Origin: Treponemataceae bacterium
GTDB taxonomy: Bacteria; Spirochaetota; Spirochaetia; Treponematales; Treponemataceae
DNA length: 64,000 bases
Direction: 5' to 3'
NCBI GenBank assembly: GCA_052173655.1
Contig: JBQMYD010000003.1
Coordinates: 71,206 to 135,205, forward strand
The position numbers and the translations under genes are program-made. Shown one piece after another: positions 30,035-37,530 of this stretch. Positions within the stretch are counted from its first letter, which is position 1. Every line of letters begins with the position of its first letter. Under the pieces are notes generated by a model. That model was not told the origin of the DNA and did not search any database. It saw nothing but the letters and a program-made list of their open reading frames with translations.

Positions 30035-30445
30035 TTATTGCGGAATTTCTATTTTCTCAGCTTCAATGTAAATTCCATCGGAAAGTTCATTTTGAAATCT
30101 TTTTATAACCCCTGAAACTATTATTTCTTCGTTTTCTTTTGGAAAATCTTTTGGATATTTTAAGTTTTCTAACGGAACAAAAGAAATTCCGGCAGGACAG
30201 CAACCTGCAGCATCCCAAACAACAAGAGCATAAATTCTTTCTTCTTCAGTTTTTTCAGTATAAAAAAGTCCCTTTATTTTTATACTCATGCCTTCATATT
30301 TTTCAGGATAAATTAACATTTCAAAAAATAAACCGGAAAGAACATTGTAATTCATCTGTGTAAAATCCAAAAATTTTTTTTTGGACTGACTAAAAACAGG
30401 ACACAGGACAAAAATCAAAATAGTGAAAATAAAAAATTTTTTCAT
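30035..30445 (-). CDS. Small secreted protein with a GCC motif, last gene of the metal-ABC operon
   Basis: 136 aa with a signal peptide (MKKFFIFTILIFVLCPVFS). The mature ~115-aa domain is predicted beta-rich and contains VVWDAAGCCPAGISF. It lies 15 nt downstream of the permease gene. It possibly resembles the C-terminal domain of TIGR03943/DUF1980 (YcgQ-like) proteins. That is recollection only. Confidence 0.6.
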   Translation of the reverse strand: MKKFFIFTILIFVLCPVFSQSKKKFLDFTQMNYNVLSGLFFEMLIYPEKYEGMSIKIKGLFYTEKTEEERIYALVVWDAAGCCPAGISFVPLENLKYPKDFPKENEEIIVSGVIKRFQNELSDGIYIEAEKIEIPQ

Positions 30446-30460
30446 ATAATTTATACTTTT

Positions 30461-31300
30461 CTAATTTTTAAAAGTTGAAATTAACTTACAAACTCCAAAA
30501 CACAAAATATCAACAATAACGATTGTAGAACCTACAGGAGTTCCTGCAATAACTGCTGTAATTATTCCAATAAGAGCACCTAAAACCGATAAAATACATG
30601 ACAAAATAGTAACGCCCCTAAAACTTTTTAGAACAAGCATTGAAGAAATCGCAGGAAAAATTATTAAAGCGGAAATTAAAAGAGAACCTACAAGATTCAT
30701 TGCAATCACAATAATTATTGCAACAACAACCGCCATTATAACGTTAAGAAGTTTTGTTTTTGTTCCGCAAGCAAATGCAAAATTTTCATCAAAAGTTATT
30801 GCAAAAATTTTGTTATAGAAAAAAACATAAAATAAAATAACTAAACTTGAAAGAACCACGGAAAGGATAACATCAGCTTTTGTAAGCGTTAATATCAAAG
30901 TGGAACCAAAAAGCGTACTGCACACATCACCTGAAAGATTTGATGGCGGCGAAAAAATATTCATTATAAAATATCCAAAAGCTAAAGCCCCCACAGAAAT
31001 CATTGCAACAGAAGCATCCCCTTTTATTTTAGAATTTTCTTTTGCACAAAGAATCAGCACTGCAAAAAAAATTGTTACCGGTAAAATAAACAAAGTTTGA
31101 TTTGTAAGCTTTAAAACGGAAGCAACAGCCATTGCTCCGAATGCCGTGTGGCTTAATCCGTCACCAATAAAGGAAAAGCGTTTTAGAACAAGAGTTACTC
31201 CAAGCAAAGCTGCACACAAAGCGATCATAACTCCGGAAATTAAAGCATATTTTACGAACGAAAACGAAAAATACATTCTTATTGTTTCAATAAAATCCAT
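30461..31300 (-). CDS. Metal (Zn/Mn/Fe-type, ABC-3 family) ABC transporter permease
   Basis: 279 aa with 8-9 TM helices. The sequences FVKYALISGVMIALCAALLGVTLVLKRFSFIGDGLSHTAFGAMA are typical of ZnuB/TroCD-type permeases. Confidence 0.85.
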   Translation of the reverse strand: MDFIETIRMYFSFSFVKYALISGVMIALCAALLGVTLVLKRFSFIGDGLSHTAFGAMAVASVLKLTNQTLFILPVTIFFAVLILCAKENSKIKGDASVAMISVGALAFGYFIMNIFSPPSNLSGDVCSTLFGSTLILTLTKADVILSVVLSSLVILFYVFFYNKIFAITFDENFAFACGTKTKLLNVIMAVVVAIIIVIAMNLVGSLLISALIIFPAISSMLVLKSFRGVTILSCILSVLGALIGIITAVIAGTPVGSTIVIVDILCFGVCKLISTFKN

Positions 31301-31302
31301 TA

Positions 31303-31950
31303 TTAAGCCTTCTCCATTTTTTCAAGTTTTAAAACTTTATTTCCATATTTTTTTGCAGATTCAATATCGTGCGAAATTGTAATAATAGTCATTCCGTTTT
31401 TATTCAAGTCAAAAAAAAGTTCGTACATTTCCAAAGTAATTTGCGAATCAAAACCTTTTGTAGGTTCGTCCAAAAATAAAAAAGATTTTGCAGCACACAA
31501 AGCTCTTGCAAGTAAAACTCGTTGCTGTTGCCCTCCGGAAAGTTCTTTGAAACTGCATTTTTCCAATTCCAAAATTCCAAGTTTTTCCATATTGAGTTCC
31601 GCTTTTGCTATATCACTTTTTCGATAAAACGGGAATAACCTCAAATTTTCTTGACATCCTGAAAGCACTATTTCTCGTACAGTTGCAGGAAAAGTTTTTT
31701 GTATTTCAGTTTGCTGGGGAAGAAAGCCTACACCATGTTTGTTCCAACTATTTAAATATATAATTTTTCCGCAAAGAGGTTTTATAAAACCCAAGACAGT
31801 CTTCATCAAAGTAGTCTTACCGCTACCGTTTTCTCCCAAGATAAAAAAATAATCACCTTGTTCCACACAGAAATTCAAATTTTCCTGAACAACTTTGGAA
31901 CCGTATCCTATAGAAAGATTTTCGCATTTTAAAAAAGAAATTTTTTCCAT
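31303..31950 (-). CDS. Metal ABC transporter ATP-binding protein (ZnuC/TroB-like)
   Basis: Has Walker A (GENGSGKTT), the signature motif (LSGGQQQR) and Walker B (FLFLDEP). It lies 2 nt upstream of the permease gene. Confidence 0.88.
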   Translation of the reverse strand: MEKISFLKCENLSIGYGSKVVQENLNFCVEQGDYFFILGENGSGKTTLMKTVLGFIKPLCGKIIYLNSWNKHGVGFLPQQTEIQKTFPATVREIVLSGCQENLRLFPFYRKSDIAKAELNMEKLGILELEKCSFKELSGGQQQRVLLARALCAAKSFLFLDEPTKGFDSQITLEMYELFFDLNKNGMTIITISHDIESAKKYGNKVLKLEKMEKA

Positions 31951-32126
31951 GATATATATTTTCCCATTTTATACGACTTTTTCATAATTTTTGCCGGTTT
32001 AATAATCCTGCAAAGTTTCAAGATACCATAAGATAAAGAGGTATAAATAAAATGTCAACGTTTATTGAAAATTTCCCAAAAACAAAGTCAGGTTGCAGAT
32101 CGGTAAAATATTTTTTTTAGATTACA

Positions 32127-32161
32127 CAAAAACAAAAAAGAATCTATCATGCGACAGATCC
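32127..32161 (-). terminator. Intrinsic terminator after tRNA-fMet
   Basis: On the minus strand, GGAUCUGUC-GCAU-GAUAGAUUC forms a 9-bp stem (two G-U pairs), followed by UUUUUUGUUUUUG. Confidence 0.6.
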
Positions 32162-32169
32162 TTTTTCTT

Positions 32170-32242
32170 TAGCAGGGGTAGGACTCGAACCTACGGCCTC
32201 CGGGTTATGAGCCCGACGAGCTGCCAACTGCTCTACCCTGCG
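32170..32242 (-). tRNA. Initiator tRNA-fMet (CAT)
   Basis: The reverse complement is CGCAGGGTAGAGCAGTTGGCAGCTCGTCGGGCTCATAACCCGGAGGCCGTAGGTTCGAGTCCTACCCCTGCTA. It has a 1:72 mismatch (C1/U72) and three consecutive G-C pairs closing the anticodon stem. It is near-identical to the E. coli initiator core (AGCTCGTCGGGCTCATAACCCG). Confidence 0.93.
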
Positions 32243-32399
32243 TCGTGAATGAATAGATTGTATATCCAATTACTTTTTTTGTCAAGCTGTAATCTGCACA
32301 GCAGTTGCAGTTTTATCGACTTTCCCAAGTTTGGTTTGATAAAGGCAAGGTAATATTAAAAAACCGTGCCCGCATGCAAAGTTTTTAAACGGAATACGT

Positions 32400-32434
32400 G
32401 TGGTGCAAAATCCGCATTGCAGACTTTGCACCAC
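32400..32434 (-). terminator. Hairpin just downstream of the giant lipoprotein gene (possible terminator)
   Basis: GTGGTGCAAA (32400-32409) and TTTGCACCAC (32425-32434) form a 10-bp perfect inverted repeat 19 nt past the stop codon. No clear T-tract follows on the minus strand. Confidence 0.4.
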
Positions 32435-32452
32435 CGCTCTATGCGCTTATAA

Positions 32453-35400
32453 TTATGGAATCGGTTGTTGAGTCCCGCTTGAATCTATATAAGCCATATT
32501 CCAGTTTCTATCTTTTGCAGCAATATACGTCGGTAAGGAGGTAAAGGTCATGTTATTTCCTTCATTGTCAGAAGGTTTCTGACTATAAAGTACACACACT
32601 CCTTTATCGGATGGTTCTCGCATAGGCAAATAAATGAATATCTGTTTAAAAGCATCTTGGGTAAGATTGTTTATACTGCACTCCAGTACTTTTAAATTGG
32701 TGTTGTTATTCATCTGAATAGATGTAAGCTTATTGTTAGTACAATACAGCTCTTGCAAACCGGTTAAGCCTGAAATGTTAAGGCTTGTAAATTTATTGAT
32801 GCTGCAGTTCAGCTCTTTCAAAGCGGTCAAGCCTGAAAGGTTAAGACCTGTAAGTTCATTGGCGAAACACTCCAGCTTTTGCAAACGAGTTAACCCTGAA
32901 ACATTAAGGTTTGTAAGTTTATTTGAGGAGCAGTTCAGCTCTTTCAAAGCGGTCAAGCCTGAAAGGTTAAGACCTGTAAGTTCATTGGCGAAACACTCCA
33001 GCTCTTTCAAAGCGGTTAAACTTGAGACATCAAGAGTAGTAAGCAAACAGAGTTCGCATTTCAGTTTTTGTAAAAGAGCACAGCCGTCAAATTCAAGTTT
33101 AGTAATATTATTTTTTACCCCGAATGTGCCGCTACAATCCAGCTCGGTGATATAGCCGTTTAAGGTTATTGTGGTACCAATTGAAATGAGCGTGGTCTCT
33201 GTGCCGTTGCCGCCAATGGTAGACGTATTAGCGCCTGTAACCGTAACAGCAGAGTTATCTGAGGTTACAGCCTTTACTTTGATTGTATTTCCGTTTGACT
33301 GAACGCGCAGTATTACCTTGGGACACTGTAAGTATCCGTTAGGGGCTACAATCCACTTCTCGTTGCCTTTCGGTGTTACGGTGAACTTGGCGTATTCCGT
33401 GCCGACTGCCGCTCCGTCAAGCACTTGCGTGGTGGACAGGTATTGGTCGTCCGCTATCGTAATACGCGCAACGACAGGTGCAGTTCCGCTCAAAACTTCA
33501 GGCAGGCTTATCTTTGCAATATTGCCGCCGCCGTCGTTGTCCAAATACACATCGTTTTTGCCCGCTGCGTTTGCGTCTCCCGCGCTTGACGGAGTAATAC
33601 ATGAGGAGCCTTTCATCGTAAATGTTGCGGTACCGTTTTTGACATATACGCCGCCGCCGTTTTGCGTTGCCGTGTTGCCGATAACCTTTGCGTCGTTCTG
33701 CATCGTCAAGGTGCTGCCCTCGTCCACATAAATGCCGCCGCCCATGCCTTCGTCTGTTCCGGTGCCGTCCGCTTTATTTGCGTCTGCTGCATCCGTACCG
33801 CCTATGGTACCGCCTGAGATTGTTACGGAAGCTGCCGCAGTTCCGACTTTCCGTGCGTAAATTCCGCCGCCGCCTTCAGATTCATTCCCTTTAACGTCGC
33901 AGTTCTTCATATCCAGTGTGCCGCCCTGCAACAGTATGCCGCCTCCGTATCCGTTTTCGTTAGAAGCGTCAGGCTTTCCGCCTTTAAGCGTAAGGTCTTG
34001 GAGCGTGAGCGTCTTGCCGCTTGTTACCTTGAAGATGCGGTGCGCCGGTTTGCCGCCTGCGTCTTTGTTTGCGTCAAGTACGGCAGTTGCCGCAGTATCG
34101 GCTTTTTTAATCGTCAGGTTCTTGTCGATGACGATTTCGCCTGAGTTATCTGTTGCATTTGTCGCCTTAACTTCGCCGTTTACCGTAATGACAGCTCCGT
34201 CTACTGCAAATTCAACCGCTTCTTTAAACTTTTTCCATGCATCGGCAGGTGAAGCAACAGCGTCAATGGCCGCTTCCATTAAGGCGAGTTTTCCTTGTTC
34301 ATTTACGCTCCACTTCTCGCTGCCTTTCGGCGTTACGCTAAACTTGGTGTACTCCGTGTTAACTTTGCTACCGGTAAGCACCTGCGTGGTGGATAGGTAT
34401 TTGCTGTTCAGTACCGTAATGCGTGCGGCGATACTGCCTGCAGGAGTAAGTACGTCGTTAACGGTTATCATCTTGTCGCTCGCCAAATACACGTCGTTTT
34501 TACCCGGTTTGTTTGCATCACTTAATGCCGACGGGGTTATGCATGAGGTTCCTTTCATTGTAAAACTTGTACCGTTTACATACACACCGCCTCCGGTTTT
34601 GTTGTTTACCGCTTCATTGCCGGTAAGGGTACAGTCCGTCATGGTCAGTGTACCTGTTGTGTAAATACCGCCACCGTCACCATATGTTACTTTATTGTTT
34701 GTAAGAGTACCACCTGTTATAGTAAGAGTACCTGTTGTGTAAATACCGCCACCGTTACCGTTTACTGTTTCATTGTTTGAAAAATCGCAGTCCTTCATTG
34801 TCAATGTACCTGTTGTGTAAATACCGCCGCCTGAGCCGTTGGATTTTGCCTGATTGTAGACAAAGGTACTTCCTTCCACGGTGAGATCACCCATTGCGTA
34901 AATACCGCCACCGTCGCTGTAGTTTGCCGTGTTGTGGTCAACGGTGCAGTCCTTCATGATATGAGTGCCCTCTAAGTAAATGTAAATGCCACCGCCTACT
35001 CCGGTACTATCATTTACCGTATTGTTCTCCACAATACAGTCCGTCATGCTAAGATTACTTTTTGCGAAAATACCTCCGCCGTTGCCGTATTCTGTTTTAT
35101 TACCTGTAACGGTACAGTCGGTCATAATAAGGTTACCTTCCGCTAAAATGGCTCCGCCGCCATCGCCTGCTACTGCACCCTCTCCTCCTTTTATCTTAAG
35201 GTTATCAAGAGTGAGCGTCCTTCCCTCTGCAACTTTAAATATGCGGTGCCCTGTTGAAGGAGCATCGGCAGGTGCAGATCCCGAATGATTGCCGTTTGCG
35301 TTCAGCACGGCAGATGATGCACCGACCGCTCTTTTTATCGTAATGTTTTTGTTTATTTCAATTTCACCGGAATTGTCGGTAGCGTTTGTCGCCTTAATTT

Positions 35401-36646
35401 CACCGTTTATGGTAATAACTCCGCCGTCTGCTATACCATCTACAGCCTCTTTTAGAGTTTTCCATGTATCCGTAGCACTGTTTATAGCAACTGTAGCAAT
35501 TCTTTTTACAGTAACTTTATAAGAAAAAACAGTTTCATCTTCCGCCGTTACCGTATAGATATAAACTTTTTCATCCTGAACATCAAAATGTACATTTGTT
35601 TCGGTTCCTACAACTTGAGAAACTCCTGCACACTTTACCGTTGCACCGTCCCCGATAGACATTACTTTTAACACAGCATCGGAAACAAAAACTTCCACAC
35701 TTCCAACATAGGTGTTGGAAGAAGGTGACGAATTGGTAAAGCTTATATTGGTTAAGGATGTACCGGTACCCGACCTAATTGAAAGCTGGAGTGCCTTATC
35801 ACTTTTGTATGTATGATTCCCGTTTGCATTTGTTGTCGTTGCAGAGCGTAAACCTGCCTTATCAATTGTTGTTACACTTATACTGCGTAAGCCGTTTGCA
35901 TTCTTTAACGGTACAACAACTCCCTTTGCAAAGTCTTTTACACTGACCGTTTTGCTTGTTTGCCCGCTTGCAACAGGTATATTACGTTTTATCTGTGTTC
36001 CGCCTGCACTTACAACACATTCAAGAAGCACTATATCCTGATGAATTGCCTGTGTCGGCAAGTTTATCGTAAAATTATCCGATGCAGAACTGATTCCGGT
36101 AGGGGCTAAAGGGCGAGTATTACAATGTATTGTAAATTCCGTTTTTCCAAATTCAACAGGGGTTCCGGCTTTTCTTAATTTTAGAACAACAGGAATATCA
36201 GCTCCTTTTGCAAAAAAAGATGAAAAATCGGCAGTATCTTTTAATTCAAACTCAAATGTTACAATTTCTCCCGATGCTGTTTTTATTTTAAACGGTTTAA
36301 TTGCGTTTACAAAAAAAGCTGAATGAAGTGCATTTGACAAAGTTAATTCCGCATCAAAAGCTATTTTTTGAGGATTTCTTATTTTTGCTGTTGCATGAAT
36401 TGTTGTACCGCTTGGAACGTATTTTATCTTACCTACAGTAACCTGCTCTGCATAATTGACATCCGTACTGTCAGCTTTTGCAAAGCCTTCTTTTACAAAG
36501 GTCTTTATAGGGTAATTCCATTCAGGGGCATTATTACAGGAAAATAATAAAAGGCTTGCAATAAGTGCAAAGGCTATATTTTTCGCATATCTTTGGAATT
36601 TATGATTAAAAAAGTTTATAAAAAATCGAATTTTTGTGTTATGCAT
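32453..36646 (-). CDS. Giant surface lipoprotein with an N-terminal beta-rich region, two tandem Pmp-type (GGGIY) beta-helix modules and C-terminal leucine-rich repeats (BspA/LrrA-like)
   Basis: The likely start is the ATG at 36646 (MHNTKIRFF), with a GGAGG Shine-Dalgarno sequence 6 nt upstream. It has a signal peptide plus a lipobox-like LLLFSC. GGGI(Y/F) and TLT..C.(V/F).N motifs recur many times, as in polymorphic-membrane-protein repeats. Near the C-terminus there are about ten 21-aa LRR units (L..L.cs.N.LT.LnvSGLT). Confidence 0.85.
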   Translation of the reverse strand: MHNTKIRFFINFFNHKFQRYAKNIAFALIASLLLFSCNNAPEWNYPIKTFVKEGFAKADSTDVNYAEQVTVGKIKYVPSGTTIHATAKIRNPQKIAFDAELTLSNALHSAFFVNAIKPFKIKTASGEIVTFEFELKDTADFSSFFAKGADIPVVLKLRKAGTPVEFGKTEFTIHCNTRPLAPTGISSASDNFTINLPTQAIHQDIVLLECVVSAGGTQIKRNIPVASGQTSKTVSVKDFAKGVVVPLKNANGLRSISVTTIDKAGLRSATTTNANGNHTYKSDKALQLSIRSGTGTSLTNISFTNSSPSSNTYVGSVEVFVSDAVLKVMSIGDGATVKCAGVSQVVGTETNVHFDVQDEKVYIYTVTAEDETVFSYKVTVKRIATVAINSATDTWKTLKEAVDGIADGGVITINGEIKATNATDNSGEIEINKNITIKRAVGASSAVLNANGNHSGSAPADAPSTGHRIFKVAEGRTLTLDNLKIKGGEGAVAGDGGGAILAEGNLIMTDCTVTGNKTEYGNGGGIFAKSNLSMTDCIVENNTVNDSTGVGGGIYIYLEGTHIMKDCTVDHNTANYSDGGGIYAMGDLTVEGSTFVYNQAKSNGSGGGIYTTGTLTMKDCDFSNNETVNGNGGGIYTTGTLTITGGTLTNNKVTYGDGGGIYTTGTLTMTDCTLTGNEAVNNKTGGGVYVNGTSFTMKGTSCITPSALSDANKPGKNDVYLASDKMITVNDVLTPAGSIAARITVLNSKYLSTTQVLTGSKVNTEYTKFSVTPKGSEKWSVNEQGKLALMEAAIDAVASPADAWKKFKEAVEFAVDGAVITVNGEVKATNATDNSGEIVIDKNLTIKKADTAATAVLDANKDAGGKPAHRIFKVTSGKTLTLQDLTLKGGKPDASNENGYGGGILLQGGTLDMKNCDVKGNESEGGGGIYARKVGTAAASVTISGGTIGGTDAADANKADGTGTDEGMGGGIYVDEGSTLTMQNDAKVIGNTATQNGGGVYVKNGTATFTMKGSSCITPSSAGDANAAGKNDVYLDNDGGGNIAKISLPEVLSGTAPVVARITIADDQYLSTTQVLDGAAVGTEYAKFTVTPKGNEKWIVAPNGYLQCPKVILRVQSNGNTIKVKAVTSDNSAVTVTGANTSTIGGNGTETTLISIGTTITLNGYITELDCSGTFGVKNNITKLEFDGCALLQKLKCELCLLTTLDVSSLTALKELECFANELTGLNLSGLTALKELNCSSNKLTNLNVSGLTRLQKLECFANELTGLNLSGLTALKELNCSINKFTSLNISGLTGLQELYCTNNKLTSIQMNNNTNLKVLECSINNLTQDAFKQIFIYLPMREPSDKGVCVLYSQKPSDNEGNNMTFTSLPTYIAAKDRNWNMAYIDSSGTQQPIP
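32804..33003. repeat. Direct repeat inside the LRR-coding region: two identical 74-bp copies with a 126-bp period
   Basis: 32804-32877 is identical to 32930-33003 (GCAGTTCAGCTCTTTCAAAGCGGTCAAGCCTGAAAGGTTAAGACCTGTAAGTTCATTGGCGAAACACTCCAGCT). The period of 126 bp equals 42 aa, or two LRR units. The protein segment ECFANELTGLNLSGLTALKELNCS occurs twice. Confidence 0.9.
33330..35490. repeat. Two tandem paralogous coding modules (about 34291-35490 and 33330-34290) within the giant lipoprotein gene
   Basis: The two modules share head and tail blocks. Heads: KEAVDG..VITINGEIKATNATDNSGEIEINKNITIK...HRIFKVAEGRTLTLDNLKIKGG versus KEAVEFAVDGAVITVNGEVKATNATDNSGEIVIDKNLTIK...HRIFKVTSGKTLTLQDLTLKGG. Tails: FTMKGTSCITPS..KNDVYL..ARITVLNSKYLSTTQVL..EYTKFSVTPKGSEKW versus FTMKGSSCITPS..KNDVYL..ARITIADDQYLSTTQVL..EYAKFTVTPKGNEKW. 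The tails are also visibly similar at the DNA level (33352-33490 versus 34310-34450). Boundaries are approximate. Confidence 0.8.
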
Positions 36647-36962
36647 AAAATTCCTCCATTTATAAAAGAATTCGCAAGGTATCCAAGGCATTTTAGAAAA
36701 CTATCCAGCATGCCCAATTCTAGTCGCATTTTAACATATTTTTTACAAAAACACAATTTTTTATGACTAAAAATGCAAATTTTTGCTTATAAAAAAAATA
36801 ACTTGTAATTAAGATTTAAACTTGTAAAACTTATATGAACTTACGAAACCTGACTGCTCGTAGTCAACATTATTTCAAAAATCAAATTCACAATAAAATA
36901 TTATGTAATACTAATGATTTTCGCAAATTTTTATGATAGACTACAGACAAGGGGTCAATAAA

Positions 36963-37502
36963 ATGAAATCTACAGAATCAGCACAACTTATTGATAAAAC
37001 TAAAGCAGAACAACTCCCTCTTATTCTTATGGGAATTAAACACAGCGGAAAAACCACGCTTGGAAAAATGCTTGCGTTTGTTATGGACATTCCGTTTATA
37101 GATTTGGATGACGAAATAGAAAAGATGCAGGGTATAGGAGTTAGAAAATTTTACGAAACAAAAGGACAACAGGCTTTTTTTAAGGCAGAAGCTTTAGCAT
37201 GTAAATCAATATTTGAAAATAATTCCGGTTGTTTTATTCTGGCAACAGGAGGCGGAATTTGCGACAATCAAGAAGCCCTTAATTTTATCAGAGGATTTAA
37301 AATTTTTCTTGATGTTAGAGAAGAAATCTGTTTTGAACGCATTTTGAAATCTGCAAAAATTTCAGGAAGTTTTCCTGCCTACATAACGGAAAAAAATCCT
37401 ATTGACGATAATCAAGCCGCACAGATTTTTCATGATTTTTATCTTAAACGGCGTGAAAAATATTTAAAAATCACGAATAAAATACTTGAATTTGAAAAAT
37501 AA
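36963..37502 (+). CDS. aroK: Shikimate kinase
   Basis: Has a P-loop (LMGIKHSGKTTLGKMLA), then IPFIDLDDEIE and ATGGG. The ATG at 36963 has an AAGGGG Shine-Dalgarno sequence 8 nt upstream; the track ORF starts at 36933. Confidence 0.85.
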   Translation: MKSTESAQLIDKTKAEQLPLILMGIKHSGKTTLGKMLAFVMDIPFIDLDDEIEKMQGIGVRKFYETKGQQAFFKAEALACKSIFENNSGCFILATGGGICDNQEALNFIRGFKIFLDVREEICFERILKSAKISGSFPAYITEKNPIDDNQAAQIFHDFYLKRREKYLKITNKILEFEK

Positions 37503-37530
37503 TTTAAACTAATGGGAGCTTTTTTTTATT

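Noticed and set aside
31951-32050. A Fur/Zur/TroR-type operator upstream of the metal ABC operon.
   Set aside because: I saw no convincing inverted repeat or match to Fur-box or Zur-box consensus sequences by eye. Only a partial TCGTA half-site is present.
32052-32120. A 22-codon plus-strand ORF (MSTFIENFPKTKSGCRSVKYFF) with an AAGAGG-like sequence upstream, lying between the ABC operon and tRNA-fMet.
   Set aside because: It is very short, has no downstream gene on that strand to act as a leader for, and runs into the tRNA-fMet terminator region. It is most likely a chance ORF.
32733-35522. Six long plus-strand ORFs (32733-33155, 33318-33731, 33688-33894, 33918-34664, 34986-35288, 35289-35522) lie antisense to the giant lipoprotein gene.
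   Set aside because: They lie in the GC-rich part, where stop codons are rare on the opposite strand. Their translations are low-complexity (P/S/A/L/V-rich) with no motifs. The minus-strand frame is continuous over 4.2 kb and has recognisable signal peptide, Pmp-type and LRR motifs.
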